From Isurus oxyrinchus (lineage: Eukaryota): DNA of 64,000 nt. The notes under the pieces are model-generated. The model had not been told where the DNA came from, made no database searches, and saw only the letters and a program-made list of their open reading frames with translations. Positions 39,800-53,238 of the stretch are shown here, one piece after another. How positions within the stretch are numbered: the first letter of the stretch is position 1; each line of letters opens with the position of its first letter. The stretch lies in assembly GCA_026770705.1 (NCBI GenBank), contig JANJGN010000402.1, positions 310,001 through 374,000 on the forward strand. Reading direction: 5' to 3'. A program made the position numbers and the translations under genes.

Positions 39800-40730
39800 G
39801 GACGCTCCACAGGAACCCGAAATATATCCCAATGCTCTCCACAGGTTTCCCCAACAATTACAGAGACACACTCCAGGTGCCTGTACTCCAGGACACACTC
39901 CACAGGGATAACCAGGAAATAAAGAGTCACTCCCGAGGGACACCCAGGAGATAATCACCCACTATACAGTGACCCACGCCAGGTAACTATGCTCCCCGAG
40001 GGGCCCATTGGTCATATTGACACTCTCCCCAAGGATCCAAATGAAATACGGACATTCTCCCCAGAGACCTCATGAAATACTGACACACTTCTCACAGTCC
40101 ACAAGGAAATATGGACTCAATTCCTGTTCCCCATTCTACACATTGAATGCTAACTCACTCCCTGTATTGATTTCATAAACAGTTGCTTTCTAATCTATTA
40201 ACCCCTGTAACTACGAATAGCAACACTCTCTAGATGCAGTAAATCTGCACGGTGACCCCTCTAAATAATGACATACTTCCTGGAGTACAATGTAAATGTT
40301 CAGGCATACCACGTGACACCCTGCAAAAACTCTCTCACCTCCCTGTGTATTCTCGCAAACACTGACTCAATAGTGGAAGCAAATCTCCACCTAATTGCAC
40401 TGTCCTGAGAAGCACAATGGAACTTCAAGCGCAGTCCACGGGAACTCCTCTAAACACTGATACTGTCCAGGGGAATCCCTAAATTATACAGAGACATAAC
40501 CCAGGGATCCCCTATATATACCGATTCACTATCCGGATTTCCATAAATAGTGACATGCACTCCAGTGATCCCTATATTCACCGAAAAACTGCCCAGTGCC
40601 CCGCTTCAAATACATGACGCAAGCCCCAGGAACTCCCTAAAATACCTACACACGCCCCAGAGAGTGCTGATAACACACCAAAACCCCACAGCGCCCCTTT
40701 AAAAGCTGACAAATTTTCAAGGCTCCGCAT
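39800..40730. repeat. 31-32 bp minisatellite, block 2
   Basis: Same consensus as block 1. Confidence 0.85.
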
Positions 40731-40734
40731 CATA

Positions 40735-42680
40735 ATTAATGTTTTTAATTCATTCATGGAATGTTGGCTTCGCTGTCTGAGACTCCATTCATTGCCCAAC
40801 CATGGCTGCCCTTGACAAAATGCTGTTAAGTTGCCTTCCTAAACCGCTGAAGCCTAGATGGAGTAGGTACAAGCACAGTGCTGTTCGGCAGGGAATTATA
40901 GGTTATTAACCTGCAAGAGCAAAGGAACGGTGCCACATTTCCAAGTTAGGATAGTGAGTGAATTGGAGTGGGGAGGGGAAACATCCAGCTGGTTGTATTC
41001 CAATCTACTTACTGCATGTGTCATTCCAGTTGGTAGGGGTCAAGTGTTTGTAAGGTGCTGTTGAAGGGGCTTTGGCGAATTGATGCATGACATCTTGTTG
41101 ACAGAACAAATTGATTCTACCCTGCATTGGTGATGGAGAGTCTAATTGTTTGCTGGCTTCGTGCCCATCAGCTGGACTGTTATTTATCTTAGGTGGTATC
41201 AAGCACCATGAGTGATGTGAGATCTGCATTCACCCAGGCAGGTGCGGAGTATCCATCAAACTTCTGGCGTATAACCTGTAGTTGGATGACAGTCTTTAGG
41301 GAAACAGTAGGTGAGTTACTCATTGGAGGATTCTTAGCCATTGACCTGCTCTTAAAGCTACAGTATTTATATGGCCATTCCAGTTCAGTTTCTGGTCAAC
41401 GGTAAAACCCAAATTGTAGATAGTTGGGGGTTTGTTGATTGAAATGCCACCGAACATCCAGCAGAAATATTTGTATTCTCTCTTGCTGCAGTTGGTTATT
41501 GGCCCTTGTGTGGCTCGAATGTCAGTAGTCAGCCTAAGCCTCGACATTCTCCACGTCCTGCTGCATTTGGACACGGACTGCTTCAGCAGCTGAGGAGTCA
41601 CGGATGGTGATGAAGATTGTGCAATAATCATTGAACTTCAGTACTTCTGACCTTCTCATGGACTGATTGTCATTGGTGAAGCAGTTGTAGATGCATGGGC
41701 ACATGACACTACCCTGAGAAGCTCCTGTTGCTATATCCTGCTGCTGAGGTGACTGAGCACCAAACACCACAAGCACCTTCCTTTTTGCCAGGTTGACTCT
41801 TTTTGCTAATGACTCCAGGCTTGCTAAGGCCCCTTGATGCTGCACTCAGTCAAATGCAACCTTTATATCAAGCGCAGTCCCTCTCACATCACCTAGTGTG
41901 TTCAGCACTGTTTTCCATGTTTCTGCCAAGGCTGTAGTGAAGTCAGGAGCTGAGTGACCGTGGTGGAAACAAAACTGGACATCAGTGAGCAGGTTTTTGC
42001 AAAGCTCTTGGCACTGTTGATGACCCCCTGAATCACGTTACTGATGACGGAGGTTAGACTGCTTGGACGAAAATTGTCACATTTTTCGCAATGTCTGGCG
42101 CTGCACTTGTCATGCCCTCCTGCATTTTTCCTCGAATCACTGTTGACCACAAAACTTGATGATAATGGTAGAGTTGGGGAGATGCCCTGCATTAAGGTTA
42201 TAGATTGTATTTGAGTGCATTTGTTTATTTGCTGATGGCCCACAGAGACTCATGTTCTCCCAGTGCTGAATTGCTAGGCCTGCTCGAAATCTATTCTATT
42301 TAGCATGGTCATCGTTCCAGACAACACAACTTAGGGAATGCTCACTGGAAAGGCTGTGCTTTGTCACCGGAATGACAGTGCATTGTCATGGATAAATGCA
42401 ACTGCGACAGTCAGGTTGATGACAGATATTTATTTTTCCTTGCTGCTGCTTCACTCAACACATGCTGCAGATCCAGTCTGTGTCCTTTTGCCTTCGGTCA
42501 GCAGTGGTGCTACATTGGACATGGAATTAACCAACGCAGAGTACATTCTGCATCATTGCCACACTCATTGGTTCCTCCAACTGATGTTCAACATGGAGGA
42601 GCAGTGATTTCTCAGCAGAGCAAGGGGGTAACCTGTTAATCAGCAGGAAGTTTTCTTGGCCAGTTCATTCTCATTCCATG
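40735..42680 (-). mobile_element. Second LINE family, antisense, internally deleted
   Basis: Minus-strand NFRPSSLTSVIS, GASQGSVMCPCIYNCFTND, DQKLNWNGHIN; 3' tail reverse-complementary to 57120-57230. Confidence 0.85.
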
Positions 42681-42687
42681 ATATCTT

Positions 42688-42782
42688 CTGCCGTGGTGGA
42701 ATTCGAACCAGGGTCCACAGACCATTAATATGGCCTCTGGATTACCAGTCCAGCGACGAACACACTAGGCAGTCAACTTCCC
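42688..42782 (-). mobile_element. tRNA-derived SINE head
   Basis: Minus strand ...ctggactggtaatccagag...GGTTCGAATTCC (B box). Confidence 0.7.
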
Positions 42783-42789
42783 ATCCCAA

Positions 42790-44570
42790 GGTCCCCCTTT
42801 AAATAGTGACACATTCCTCGCGGATCCCCGATTAAAAACTGATACCACCAACAGATACCATCTATAAATATTGACACACTGCGCGGAGACCCTCTTAACA
42901 TACAGGCAAAGTAACCAGAAACCACCTATAAATATTGACACAGATCCTGGAGACCCCTTACAAATACTGACACACTTCCCGGAGATCCCAATAAATACTG
43001 GCACAGTCGCCAGAGACCACCTATAAATAAAGACACATCCACCAGATACCCAAAATGAATACTGCAAAATTCTCTGGGGACCCCCCATCGATGTTGGCAC
43101 AATCCCCAGGATTCCACAAAGGTATTAACAAACCCAAGGGACACGCACTATAAAAGCTGGAAGATTCCCCATTCATACAGCTGTAAAATGTAAGATACTC
43201 CACAGGGACCCCAGGTAATACTGAAAAACTCACATGGAGATTCACTATGAATACTGACACCCACCTTGGGCATCCTATATACACGGACACTCCCCACTCT
43301 TCCACTATAAATACTGACATATTCCCCGTGGTCATTCCATAAATACTTAAACACTCCCCAGGCTAACCTTGTTAATTCTGCGACACATCACAGTGACCCC
43401 GTGTAATTGCTGATACATTACCTGTGTATCATCTGCAAATAATGACACACTGGCGATACACAGAATATGAGACACATCACAGTGAACCCCTGTTAATAAT
43501 GACACATTCCCCAGGGTCACATGATAAGTACTGACATACTCCCTGCGGAAACCGCTAAAGATTGACACAATCATCAATATCCGCTGTCAATAATGACACA
43601 GTTTGTTCAAGTTGTATATACTAACACAATCCCCAATAATAACAGTAACATAGTAAATCACTCATCAGGGCAGGTGTTGTAAATATTGAAATGCTCCCTG
43701 CTTTGCCCTGCGAATACTGACATTTCCCCTGGGACACCGTTTTAAATACTGAGTAACAACACAGAGCAACAACCATTAGAAAAACAGTCGCAATTGATCG
43801 CGTTATAAATATGGAGACCACTCTCCAGAGACCAAATGCAGTTATTGATACACAAACTCAGGGACTCATGTGAACGCTGACACATGCCCCAGGCAAAAAC
43901 TTTAAAAACTGACAAACACACAAGGGAATACGGGTAATCACTAATGTACTCCCCGGTCCAAATCTAAATAAAGACAGTGTCAATCGGGATTCTCATAATT
44001 CTGACAATCTCACAATGAACAGCCTATAATTGCTGAACCAGTCAGCAGTCAGCAGGCAGCACATTAGTTACTGACATACATCCCAGTGAGCCATGTGAAA
44101 TACATAATATGGCCCAAGGAAAAACTGCAAACACTGACACTTCTCTGGTGATCTCCTGCAAGTACTGACACACAGGTCGAGAACCCCTTGTCCATACTGA
44201 CACACAGGCAGGGGAGGCATTGCAAAGGCCAGGGACACTTCACAAGATCATGCACCACAGTCAGCTGCCACACCGAACCACCACCACCCCCCAACCTACA
44301 CCACGCCAAACTCTTTGATTCTACATGTGACTATTAGATTACATACTGAGAACTCTACACACTCCAACGACGCCCCTATAAGTGTTCACACACATATGAT
44401 CAACGGTAAATACAGACACAACACCCATGGACCTCCTGTAAATACTGACAGACTCCCCAGTGACGCCCTATTAATACTGACACACATCGCAGTGAACCCC
44501 AATAAATGCTGGCACATTCCCTGGGGATAATCTGTAAATGCTGGCACAATCCCTGGGGAAACTTTGTAAA
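42790..44570. repeat. 31-32 bp minisatellite, block 3
   Basis: Same consensus as block 1. Confidence 0.9.
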
Positions 44571-46873
44571 TAGTGCTTGCAATGGTGGTCATATTCCGAG
44601 ATTCTCTTGACTCTGGAACAGTTCGTACAGCTTGGAGTGTAGCTAATGGAATTCCAAAATTTATTATGGGAGGTAGAGAGAAAGCAGGGAACTATAGGAA
44701 TGTCTGCCTGACATTGGTATTTGGGAAAATCTAGGGTCCATTTTAAAAGATTTAACAGCCATGCACTTGGAAAACAGTGGCAGAGTCGCAAAGATTCAGC
44801 ATGGATTTGTGAAAGGGAAATCATACTTGAAATATCTACTCCAAATTTTCGAGCATGTAACTAGTAGAGTTGCCTAGGGCAGCCAGTGTGCTTGCTTTAT
44901 ATGGAATTCCAGAAAGCTTTCAACAATGTAGCACATTAGGGGTTAGCAGGTAACATTAAAGCGCATGTAATTGGGGGAATTTTATTGAGCTGGACCGAAA
45001 ACTGCTTATCAGAAAGGAATCAAAGATTGGGAATATTATTTTTTATTTTTCTCTGAATGGCAGGCAGTGCAGGGATCCCAGCGACTCACAATGTATATTA
45101 ATGATTTAGATGAGGTAACTATAAATATAATATCTGAAAAGAATGCTGATGGTACAAGGCTGTTTGGAAGGGTGAGCTGTGAAGAGGATGCAGAGATTCT
45201 TCAGTGTGATTTGGACAAGCTTAGTGAGTGGGCAAGTGCGTAGCAGCTGCAGAATAATGTGGTTAAATGTGAGGTAATCTAATATGGTAGCAAATACAGG
45301 AAGGCAGATCGTTATCTCAAAGGATATACATTGAGAGATGGGATTGTGCAACGAGAACTGGGTGTCCTCATAAAGCAATTGCTCCCCTTTAGCATGCAAG
45401 TGCAACAGGCGGCATAGAAGGCAAAAGGCGTGCTGAACGTAGTAGCGAGAGGATTGAAGAACAGAGACATGGATTTCTTGCAGCAATTGGTGAGACCACA
45501 CCTCGAAAAGTGTGTGCAGCTTTGGAATCCTTAACTGACGAAGGATATTCTTGATAGTGAGAGTACAGTGAAGGTTTATCAGGCTGATTTTTGTAATGGC
45601 AGGACTTGCAAATAAGGAGAAATTGTGTTGGTTAGTATTATAATCACTTGAGTTCAGAAGAATGAAGGCTGTCTCATAGAAACCTTTTAAAAACCTAACT
45701 GGCCTACATGGTGTAGATGCAGGTAGCATGTTCTCGATGGCTGGGGAGTCCAAAACCAGTGGTCAAAGTCTAAGGATGTGGGGTAGACCACTTAGGACTG
45801 AGGTGAGGAGAAATGCCTTCACCCCATGAATAGTGAGTCTGTGGAATTCGCTTCCACAGAAAGGAGTTGAGGCCAGAACATTGTATGGTTTCAAGAGGAA
45901 GTTAATTGTAGCTCTTGGGGCAAAACGTTTCCAAACATGGAGAAAGCAGAAGCAGGGTACTGATGTGGATGATGTGGTACTGATGTGGTACCCTGTGGTA
46001 CAGGGTACTGATGTGGATGATGTGGTACTGATGTGGTACCCTGTGGTACAGGGTACTGATGTGGATGATGTGGTACTGATGTGGTACCCTGTGGTACAGG
46101 GTACTGATGTGGATGATGTGGTACTGATGTGGTACCCTGTGGTACAGGGTACTGATGTGGATGATGTGGTACTGATGTGGTACCCTGTGGTACAGGGTAC
46201 TGATGTGGATGATGTGGTACTGATGTGGTACCCTGTGGTACAGGGTACTGATGTGGATGATGTGGTACTGATGTGGTACCCTGTGGTACAGGGTACTGAT
46301 GTGGATGATGTGGTACTGATGTGGTACCCTGTGGTACAGGGTACTGATGTGGATGATGTGGTACTGATGTGGTACCCTGTGGTACAGGGTACTGATGTGG
46401 ATGATGTGGTACTGATGTGGTACCCTGTGGTACAGGGTACTGATGTGGATGATGTGGTACTGATGTGGTACCCTGTGGTACAGGGTACTGATGTGGATGA
46501 TGTGGTACTGATGTGGTACCCTGTGGTACAGGGTACTGATGTGGATGATGTGGTACTGATGTGGTACCCTGTGGTACAGGGTACTGATGTGGATGATGTG
46601 GTACTGATGTGGTACCCTGTGGTACAGGGTACTGATGTGGATGATGTGGTACTGATGTGGTACCCTGTGGTACAGGGTACTGATGTGGATGATGTGGTAC
46701 TGATGTGGTACCCTGTGGTACAGGGTACTGATGTGGATGATGTGGTACTGATGTGGTACCCTGTGGTACAGGGTACTGATGTGGATGATCAGCCATGATC
46801 ATAATGAAAGTGGGGCAAGCTCGAAAGTTCGAATGACCCAGTCCTGCCCCAATTTCAAATGTATGTTTCTATG
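44571..46873 (+). mobile_element. 5'-truncated CR1 inserted in the minisatellite
   Basis: RT motifs HGFVKGKSYL, EFQKAFN, SLWNSLPQK; tail tatgtttctatg. Confidence 0.9.
45953..46789. repeat. Perfect 48-bp tandem repeat, 17 copies plus 21 bp
   Basis: Unit cagggtactgatgtggatgatgtggtactgatgtggtaccctgtggta; copy number from the 16-aa periodicity in the ORF track. Confidence 0.98.
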
Positions 46874-46874
46874 T

Positions 46875-49110
46875 AAACGCTGACGCACTCCCTGGGGATA
46901 CTCTGCAAGTGCTGGCACAATCCCTGCGGATAGTGCACAAATACTGATGCATTCCCTGGGTAATGACTGTACAGGCTGACCAAATCCCTGGGGATACTCT
47001 CTTAATTCTGATACGCTACCTGGGGTTACTCTGTAAGTACTGACACAATCCCTGGGGATGATCTGTAAAGGTTGACACACTCCCTGGGAATAATCCGTAA
47101 ATGGAAACACACTCCCTGGTGATACTTGTAAATTCTGACAGACTCTCTGGGGATATTCTGCAAATGCTGTCACACCCCCTGCAGTTCCTCTGTAAATACT
47201 GGTAATCTCCCTGGGGATAATCTGTAAATGCTGACCCACTCCCCGGCGATACCCTCCTACTTTTGATACACATCACAGTGACCTTTTATAAATACTGAAA
47301 ATTTCCCTGGTACATCCGTTAAATACTGATACACTCCCTGGGAAACTGGTACATAATGACAGATTTAAAAAAAAACAATCCACTGTCAAAGACACAGTTG
47401 GTACAAGCTGTATAAACTGACACATTAGCCAAGAAAAACATGAACATGCCAAGGCACTCATTGGGGGAGAAGTTGTAATCATTGAAATGCTCGCTTTGTT
47501 GTCCTGCGAATAATGACATATTCCTCCCTGGAGCTGGCTGTTAAATACTTCCACACACTGCAGGGAAACAACCGAATGAAAATACAGACTCAATGCGACT
47601 CCATATAAATATGGATAAGAGCCTCCAGAGACCCACTGAGGTTAGTGTAACACGCCAAGCAGGGACGTAAGAGATTAATGTAACATGCTCCAGAGATAGC
47701 CGCTTAAAAACTGGCACAAGACCAAGGGAAGATTTGCAATCACTAACGAGCTCATCAGGTCCAAATCTACTTAGACACACTCTCAGCTGCTTTGTCGTGA
47801 ACTCTGAAAATCTCACAATGAGCAGATTTAGTCGCCAGGGACAATTTAAATATTGACACACACCCCCATGGAACCATGTGAAAAATATAACACAAAGCTA
47901 GAACACGCTGACACACGCCTGGCGAGGGTCGGCAAATACTTATACAAAGCTGGAGAAACCCTTCTCCATTCTAACCCATCACTCGGGGAGACAATTTAAT
48001 GACTAAGACGCATCCCAGCAACACCACACAGACGAAACATCGCCCGCCTCCACCACTCCCATTCCTAGTTATGGCTACGTTTGACAATTATGCCAAACGC
48101 TGACATCGCCTCTCTATAAATATGCCAGCATAAATATTGACACACTCCACAAAATGTCCACATATAAGGACCGAGACAATGAATGGTATGCCCTCTAAAT
48201 AGTGACATATTCCCAGAGACCCCCAGTAAATAATGACACACAACCTTGCCAGGTGCCCGCTGTGAATTGACAGACACCCTCATGGAACGCCCCTTAATAG
48301 TGCCACAGTCCCGTGGACTACCTGTAAATTGTGGCACCTACCGCAGGGACACTCATGTAAACATTCGATACATCCCCAGGGGCCCCCAGTAAATTGTGGC
48401 TTCCTGCCCCCCCCCCACCCCCTCACCCCCAATCCCCTAGGAGGCAACTTCTGTAAATGCAGTCACAAACTCTGGGGCCTCCAGTAAAGACTGACACAAC
48501 TCTGGGGTCCCCTGCACACACTGACACAGTCCCCGGTGACTCCAGGTAAATATTGACACATTACCTGTGGGCCACCTGTAATCACAGACACAACAACAGG
48601 TGTTCGCCCTAAACTTTGACAATCACACCAACCCCCCGCCACCCTGAAGGGCCCTCTATAGATATATATGAACTCTCCCAGGGATCATAGGTAAATATTG
48701 AAGCTCCCCCTTTATACCCCTCTAAATACTGGCACAATCCTAGGTGACTCCTGCAAATACCAACAGCCCCCATGACCCCCAGGGACCATCTGTAAATACA
48801 GACACACTCCCAGCATTCTTCTGTAAAGAGTGACACACTCCGCAGATGGCCCCCCGTGAACACTGAAACGCACGCCGGATGCAGCCTGTATGTACTGACA
48901 AACTCCCCATGGACCCCCTGTAATTTTTGACACCCCATACCCCCTTCCATGGACCCGTTGTTATTACTGACGGCCCACGGGCCTGCCTGTAAATATTGAC
49001 ACGCCAACCAGGGACCTCCTCTATATGCTGACACATTCCGAGGCATTCCCTCTAAAAACTGATAAATTGCTGCGTGGCCAATGAAATATAAAATCATTCC
49101 TCAGGAACGA
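46875..49110. repeat. 31-32 bp minisatellite, block 4
   Basis: Same consensus; 32-bp units are clear at 46878-47240. Confidence 0.9.
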
Positions 49111-49629
49111 CTACAAACATTACGAATAATACTTTGAGCTTTGTCTATTACATTCTCCGCCAATGTGTCAGGACTGCAGAGGGATGGATTTAATGGATCT
49201 CATGACTCTCCTGCAGTGTCACCTCTATAGAAACTATCTCTCCATTATGACACCCTGAATCTGCGTCATTGAGTAGGAAGCTAAGGGTCAGGGGAGGGGC
49301 TGCGTGACCTCCTGCATATACTGCCTGAATGTATTGGATACAATGTGATCTGAGCGCTGCAGTTTTGTTTCATATTACTGCATTTGAGACTCAGTGATGG
49401 AGATTCGATTAACCTGAATAAACTGCTTTTTAAAACTAATGTTTCATTGAAGATACTCCTTTCTGAATAGTAAGGGACTGAAGGACGTGAGTATAATGCA
49501 GAAGTTGGAGTGGAATTGGAAGGTTGACCATTAATTTATTGAATTGATGTTCAGGTGCCATGGGCTCAATGGTTCAATTTTGTGCCAATTTCCTATGACC
49601 ATAGGATAATTTATTTCCGGATTTAAGTT

Positions 49630-49990
49630 CATGTGACAGTGAGGGGGAACAGAGGGCTTTGATATCTGGGGGCGGTGTGGGGCTGCAGAGAATTATGGTG
49701 AGAGGGTAGGAAATGGGCTTTGAGGGATGTGATATCTAGGAGTGGTGTGGGGGTGCAGAGAATTACAGGGGTAGAGCTGGACAGGGTCAGAGAGGTCATG
49801 GAAAACAATGAAGTCAATTCTGAAATCGCGTGTGAATGGTGTCCAACATGTGCTGGTGAGCAATGGAGATTATGTCTGAGCAGGATTTGGTTAGAGTAAG
49901 AAAACTTGTACCAGATTTGGGAATATGCATTGGCATTGACAGCTAGGAGCTTGTTCAAATAGTCACCGACAGATATCCATTGATGGAAGG
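49630..49990 (-). mobile_element. L2-like LINE 3' fragment, antisense
   Basis: Similar to 51210-51330 (ggggctgcagagaatta..., gtcatggaaaacaa). Confidence 0.5.
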
Positions 49991-50099
49991 AAAATTACAG
50001 AAGCAGTAGTTCGAGGCCTTAGCGACTCACTGGAAAATGAGGTAGTGACAATCATGTAAAGGGCCAGTAAAACCAATCCATGAGACTGAAACTGACCGT

Positions 50100-50900
50100 G
50101 TGCCAGTCATTTAATCAACTCGGGGTACAGGAAACATCACCCACAAACGGTGCCTTCAACTATGATTTGATCCATAGAACGAGAAGTGAATTATTGCTTG
50201 TAGATGCGGCCACGGGTCTGCCTGAGTCAGAATTCTTAAAAGTGCATAGAATATATCCCTGATGTTGGAGAATATTATTGGGTGCATTACGCGATTACAT
50301 GGAATCAACAGTCAAAGGAGAAAACTAAGCACCTTAGAACAAAGAGATTGAATGCTCAGCTGGCTGTAAAGCAAAACATCTATCCCAGAGATGTAAACTA
50401 ACAGACTTCAGAACAGTTCACAATTACTTACCAAATACAACATTTGAGAATTTCTGGTAGAAATCATTCTCAGTGAAAAGAAAACAACTCTCTTTTCAGT
50501 GAGTTGTTCAAGAGAGTGGAGGTTTTGAATCTCTTGAAAGTAGCAGGTGTTTGCCTGATTTGCAGACAAAGAAAAACATGTGCACAGCATCTCGGGTACA
50601 TAGCACTATTGGTGCCAGTCTGTAGCACAGAACCAAGCAGACTCTCATAGAGGACGCATAGTCTAGTTAATCAGGAATCTTTGGAGGAAGCACAAAGAGT
50701 AATAAGATGATTCGATCTGCCGTGTTCAATAAGCAAACTGCTCAGTTGGACAACAGTGACAGATCTACAATACACTGTGGCAGATTAACCGACCTATTGA
50801 AAAGTTGGGTCCACCTAAGTAATGAGGAACAATTCCCTGCAGCAATGAATAAGGAGCTGATGCTCGAAAAATACTGCCTTTAAAAACAAAAGAGAAATCT
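50100..50900 (+). pseudogene. Possible decayed hAT transposase remnant
   Basis: VDAA..CLSQNS..YIPDVGEYYWVH resembles SDGASVMLG..IPHLxEQHCVAH; IALLVPVCSTEPSR resembles the hAT dimerization motif IALxxPVSTAxxER; heavily frameshifted. Confidence 0.35.
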
Positions 50901-51059
50901 CCAAGGAATACAATGCAAAAACAACAACAAGCTGCATATTAATGTCAGGAAGAAGGTCAAAACATGTTTCATTATGATTTTCTGGGACAGTTAGATATAT
51001 TTTTAAATGAAACCATGGCAAAAAAGGAGATGAAAAAAATCTGGATCAAAGCATTGATT

Positions 51060-52240
51060 TTAAGCAGAGACGAAAAAGAGGAAAGTGAGAAAGACGGTTA
51101 GAGACGTGGGGGGAAGGTCTTCCACAGCTTAGGGATGGAGGTGAATGAAAATCGGGCCATCAATGCAGGAGTGATTGAAATCAAGATTCCTCAAGCTGCC
51201 AGAATTAGATAAGAGTTGACATCTCATAGGGTCTGCAGAGGATCACCAAAATAGTCTGGGGTGAGTCCATGGACGGATTGGAATACAACGATGAGAATTT
51301 TGAAATCGAGCAGTTGCATGAATGGTAGATAATATAGATCAGTTAGCAGAGGGAGTGAGGTATGAATGGGAACTTGCGTCAGTGGAGACAATGGAAATGA
51401 ATTTTTCAATGGCAGAATATCAAAGTCCGTGAGCAGCGGGGGGAAAGTGTTAACACGGAGGCAGTTTGAGTGAGACAATTTGCAGTGTGGTTTTCAATGG
51501 GAGATAATGTTTTTCTGAAAGCAGAAGGGTGATGTCTGAACGGGGGCTGAGTGAGGACACGGATAGCGGGGTTCAAATGGGGTATAATACAGGTCAGTTA
51601 GCAGAGGGAGTGATGTGTGAAAGGGAAAATGTTGTGAGTGATTCGGGCATATGCTCGAATGATTAATTTCCGAGGTAACAAAGGTCAACATGAGGACTTC
51701 AGCAGAAAATGAGCTGAGGCAGTGGTGAATCGTTGCCTTTACCAAAAGTTTTAAATGTCTCGCTTTGGCATGATTAGGTACATGAGGATGTAAGATGATC
51801 TCGGGGTTAAACGTGGCCACAAGTTGTGAGAACCTGCTCCTGTCGCAAAATGGGACAAGTAAGAGGGCCGGAGCACAGAGCCACGGGATTGAGTTTGGAG
51901 TAGGGGCAGAAGACAAGCTATTCTGTCTTCAGATTAATCAATTTGGAGCAATTTCTCCTAACCCAGTGGGTTCAGATTAAGCTGACTTATCATTTAGTAA
52001 CAGATTCGGAGCTGGCCAGTGAGAGTGCTGAAGTGGCAAGTTCTGGAATGGGGATTGACACCAGGAGACAAAATGCAATGGTTTCAGATTTCCCAACGTT
52101 ACATTGGGAGACATTTCTGCTCACACTGCACAGGATGTCAGATAAGCAGTCTGAGGAAAGAAACAACTCGGGAAGGTCATGCTTGTCAGACATCGTGGAA
52201 ATGTATCTGCACGGCTTCAGATTCATTCATCTGAAGTGTT
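51060..52240 (-). mobile_element. L2 LINE, antisense
   Basis: Minus-strand NVGKSETIAF, LDFKILIVVFQSVHGLTPDYF and repeated HTSLPLLTDLYY blocks typical of the L2 RT C-terminus. Confidence 0.8.
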
Positions 52241-53238
52241 AGGGTGACAACCCCGGGGCCCAATGTTTACAGCGTTTCACTTCAGTAATGGCCTGAATGT
52301 GAGCAGGACATTGGGGTGAGGGGGGAGGGGGGAGGTGCTTGGTTCGTGTTGTGCCGCAGTGAGCAAATTCTCTTCATGCAAATCTGGATTAGTCTTTCTT
52401 GACAAGGCAGAGGACATTCCCACACTTTTTTCGGGGGAATGTGATAAGTGTATCAAAATAATTTAATAATCAGTGAGACTTGACCCATTCCATTTTCCAA
52501 GGGGAATTTCAATTACCTCTTTGTGGAAAATAAAACTGAGGACAGATCACTCACCTTTCGTTTCTGAAACCTGAAAATGAGTTTCAGTCACATCCTGCAG
52601 GGACTGATCTACCTTTTATCCAAGCACATGTAAACTGAGTATTCACCAGAAAAATGAGCATTCACAGAAACACTGACCAGCTGACCATCAATGAAAACAA
52701 GATGGTTAAGCTGTCAATCGCACCACAATCTCAGCAAGTCACCAAAATTGCACTAAATGTACAAAGGATGAGCCACCCAGAAGACAACGTCGAATTGTTC
52801 ATCATTCACTCCATCTAATGTAAAGTGACACATATATCAGTAACAGGCCAAATATTCATTACATAATGTTGCACACTAAACAATTAGTCAAGTAAACAGA
52901 AGTTGGAGATGTTTCCCTCTCTTTGCACTGCAAAAATAAATCCACAGCTCAATAAGAAATCAAAATGTGGCCTTTACTTCACAAAAGCCTCACCCTGAAA
53001 CGGCTCCGGTAATAACACCATGTACCAGGAAAATTCACTCTAATTATTGGCCAGATGCAAAGCCAATGTTTAGTCCGAGACACAAACCTGAAATATTCAC
53101 AGCGTAGATATTGCTGATCCTGGACATCCAAATAAGTTTCTCATCCGGAAAAAACTGGTCTCGAGGAGAAAATTTAAAGATCATTGGATGCCTTATGTTC
53201 AGACAAAGAAAACATTCAAAGAGCCACTCAGGATCCAG

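Noticed and set aside
42688-42782. tRNA gene
   Set aside because: B box present but no cloverleaf; it is a SINE head.
45953-46789. CRISPR-like regular array
   Set aside because: No unique spacers, no cas genes, vertebrate context.
45833-46802. 321-aa and 303-aa ORFs on opposite strands
   Set aside because: They result from a stop-free 48-bp tandem repeat inside a CR1 tail; no evidence of a gene.
34510-49110. 31-32 bp repeats as CRISPR repeats or a repetitive protein gene
   Set aside because: Head-to-tail degenerate units with no spacers; unit length is not a multiple of 3 and frames are full of stops.
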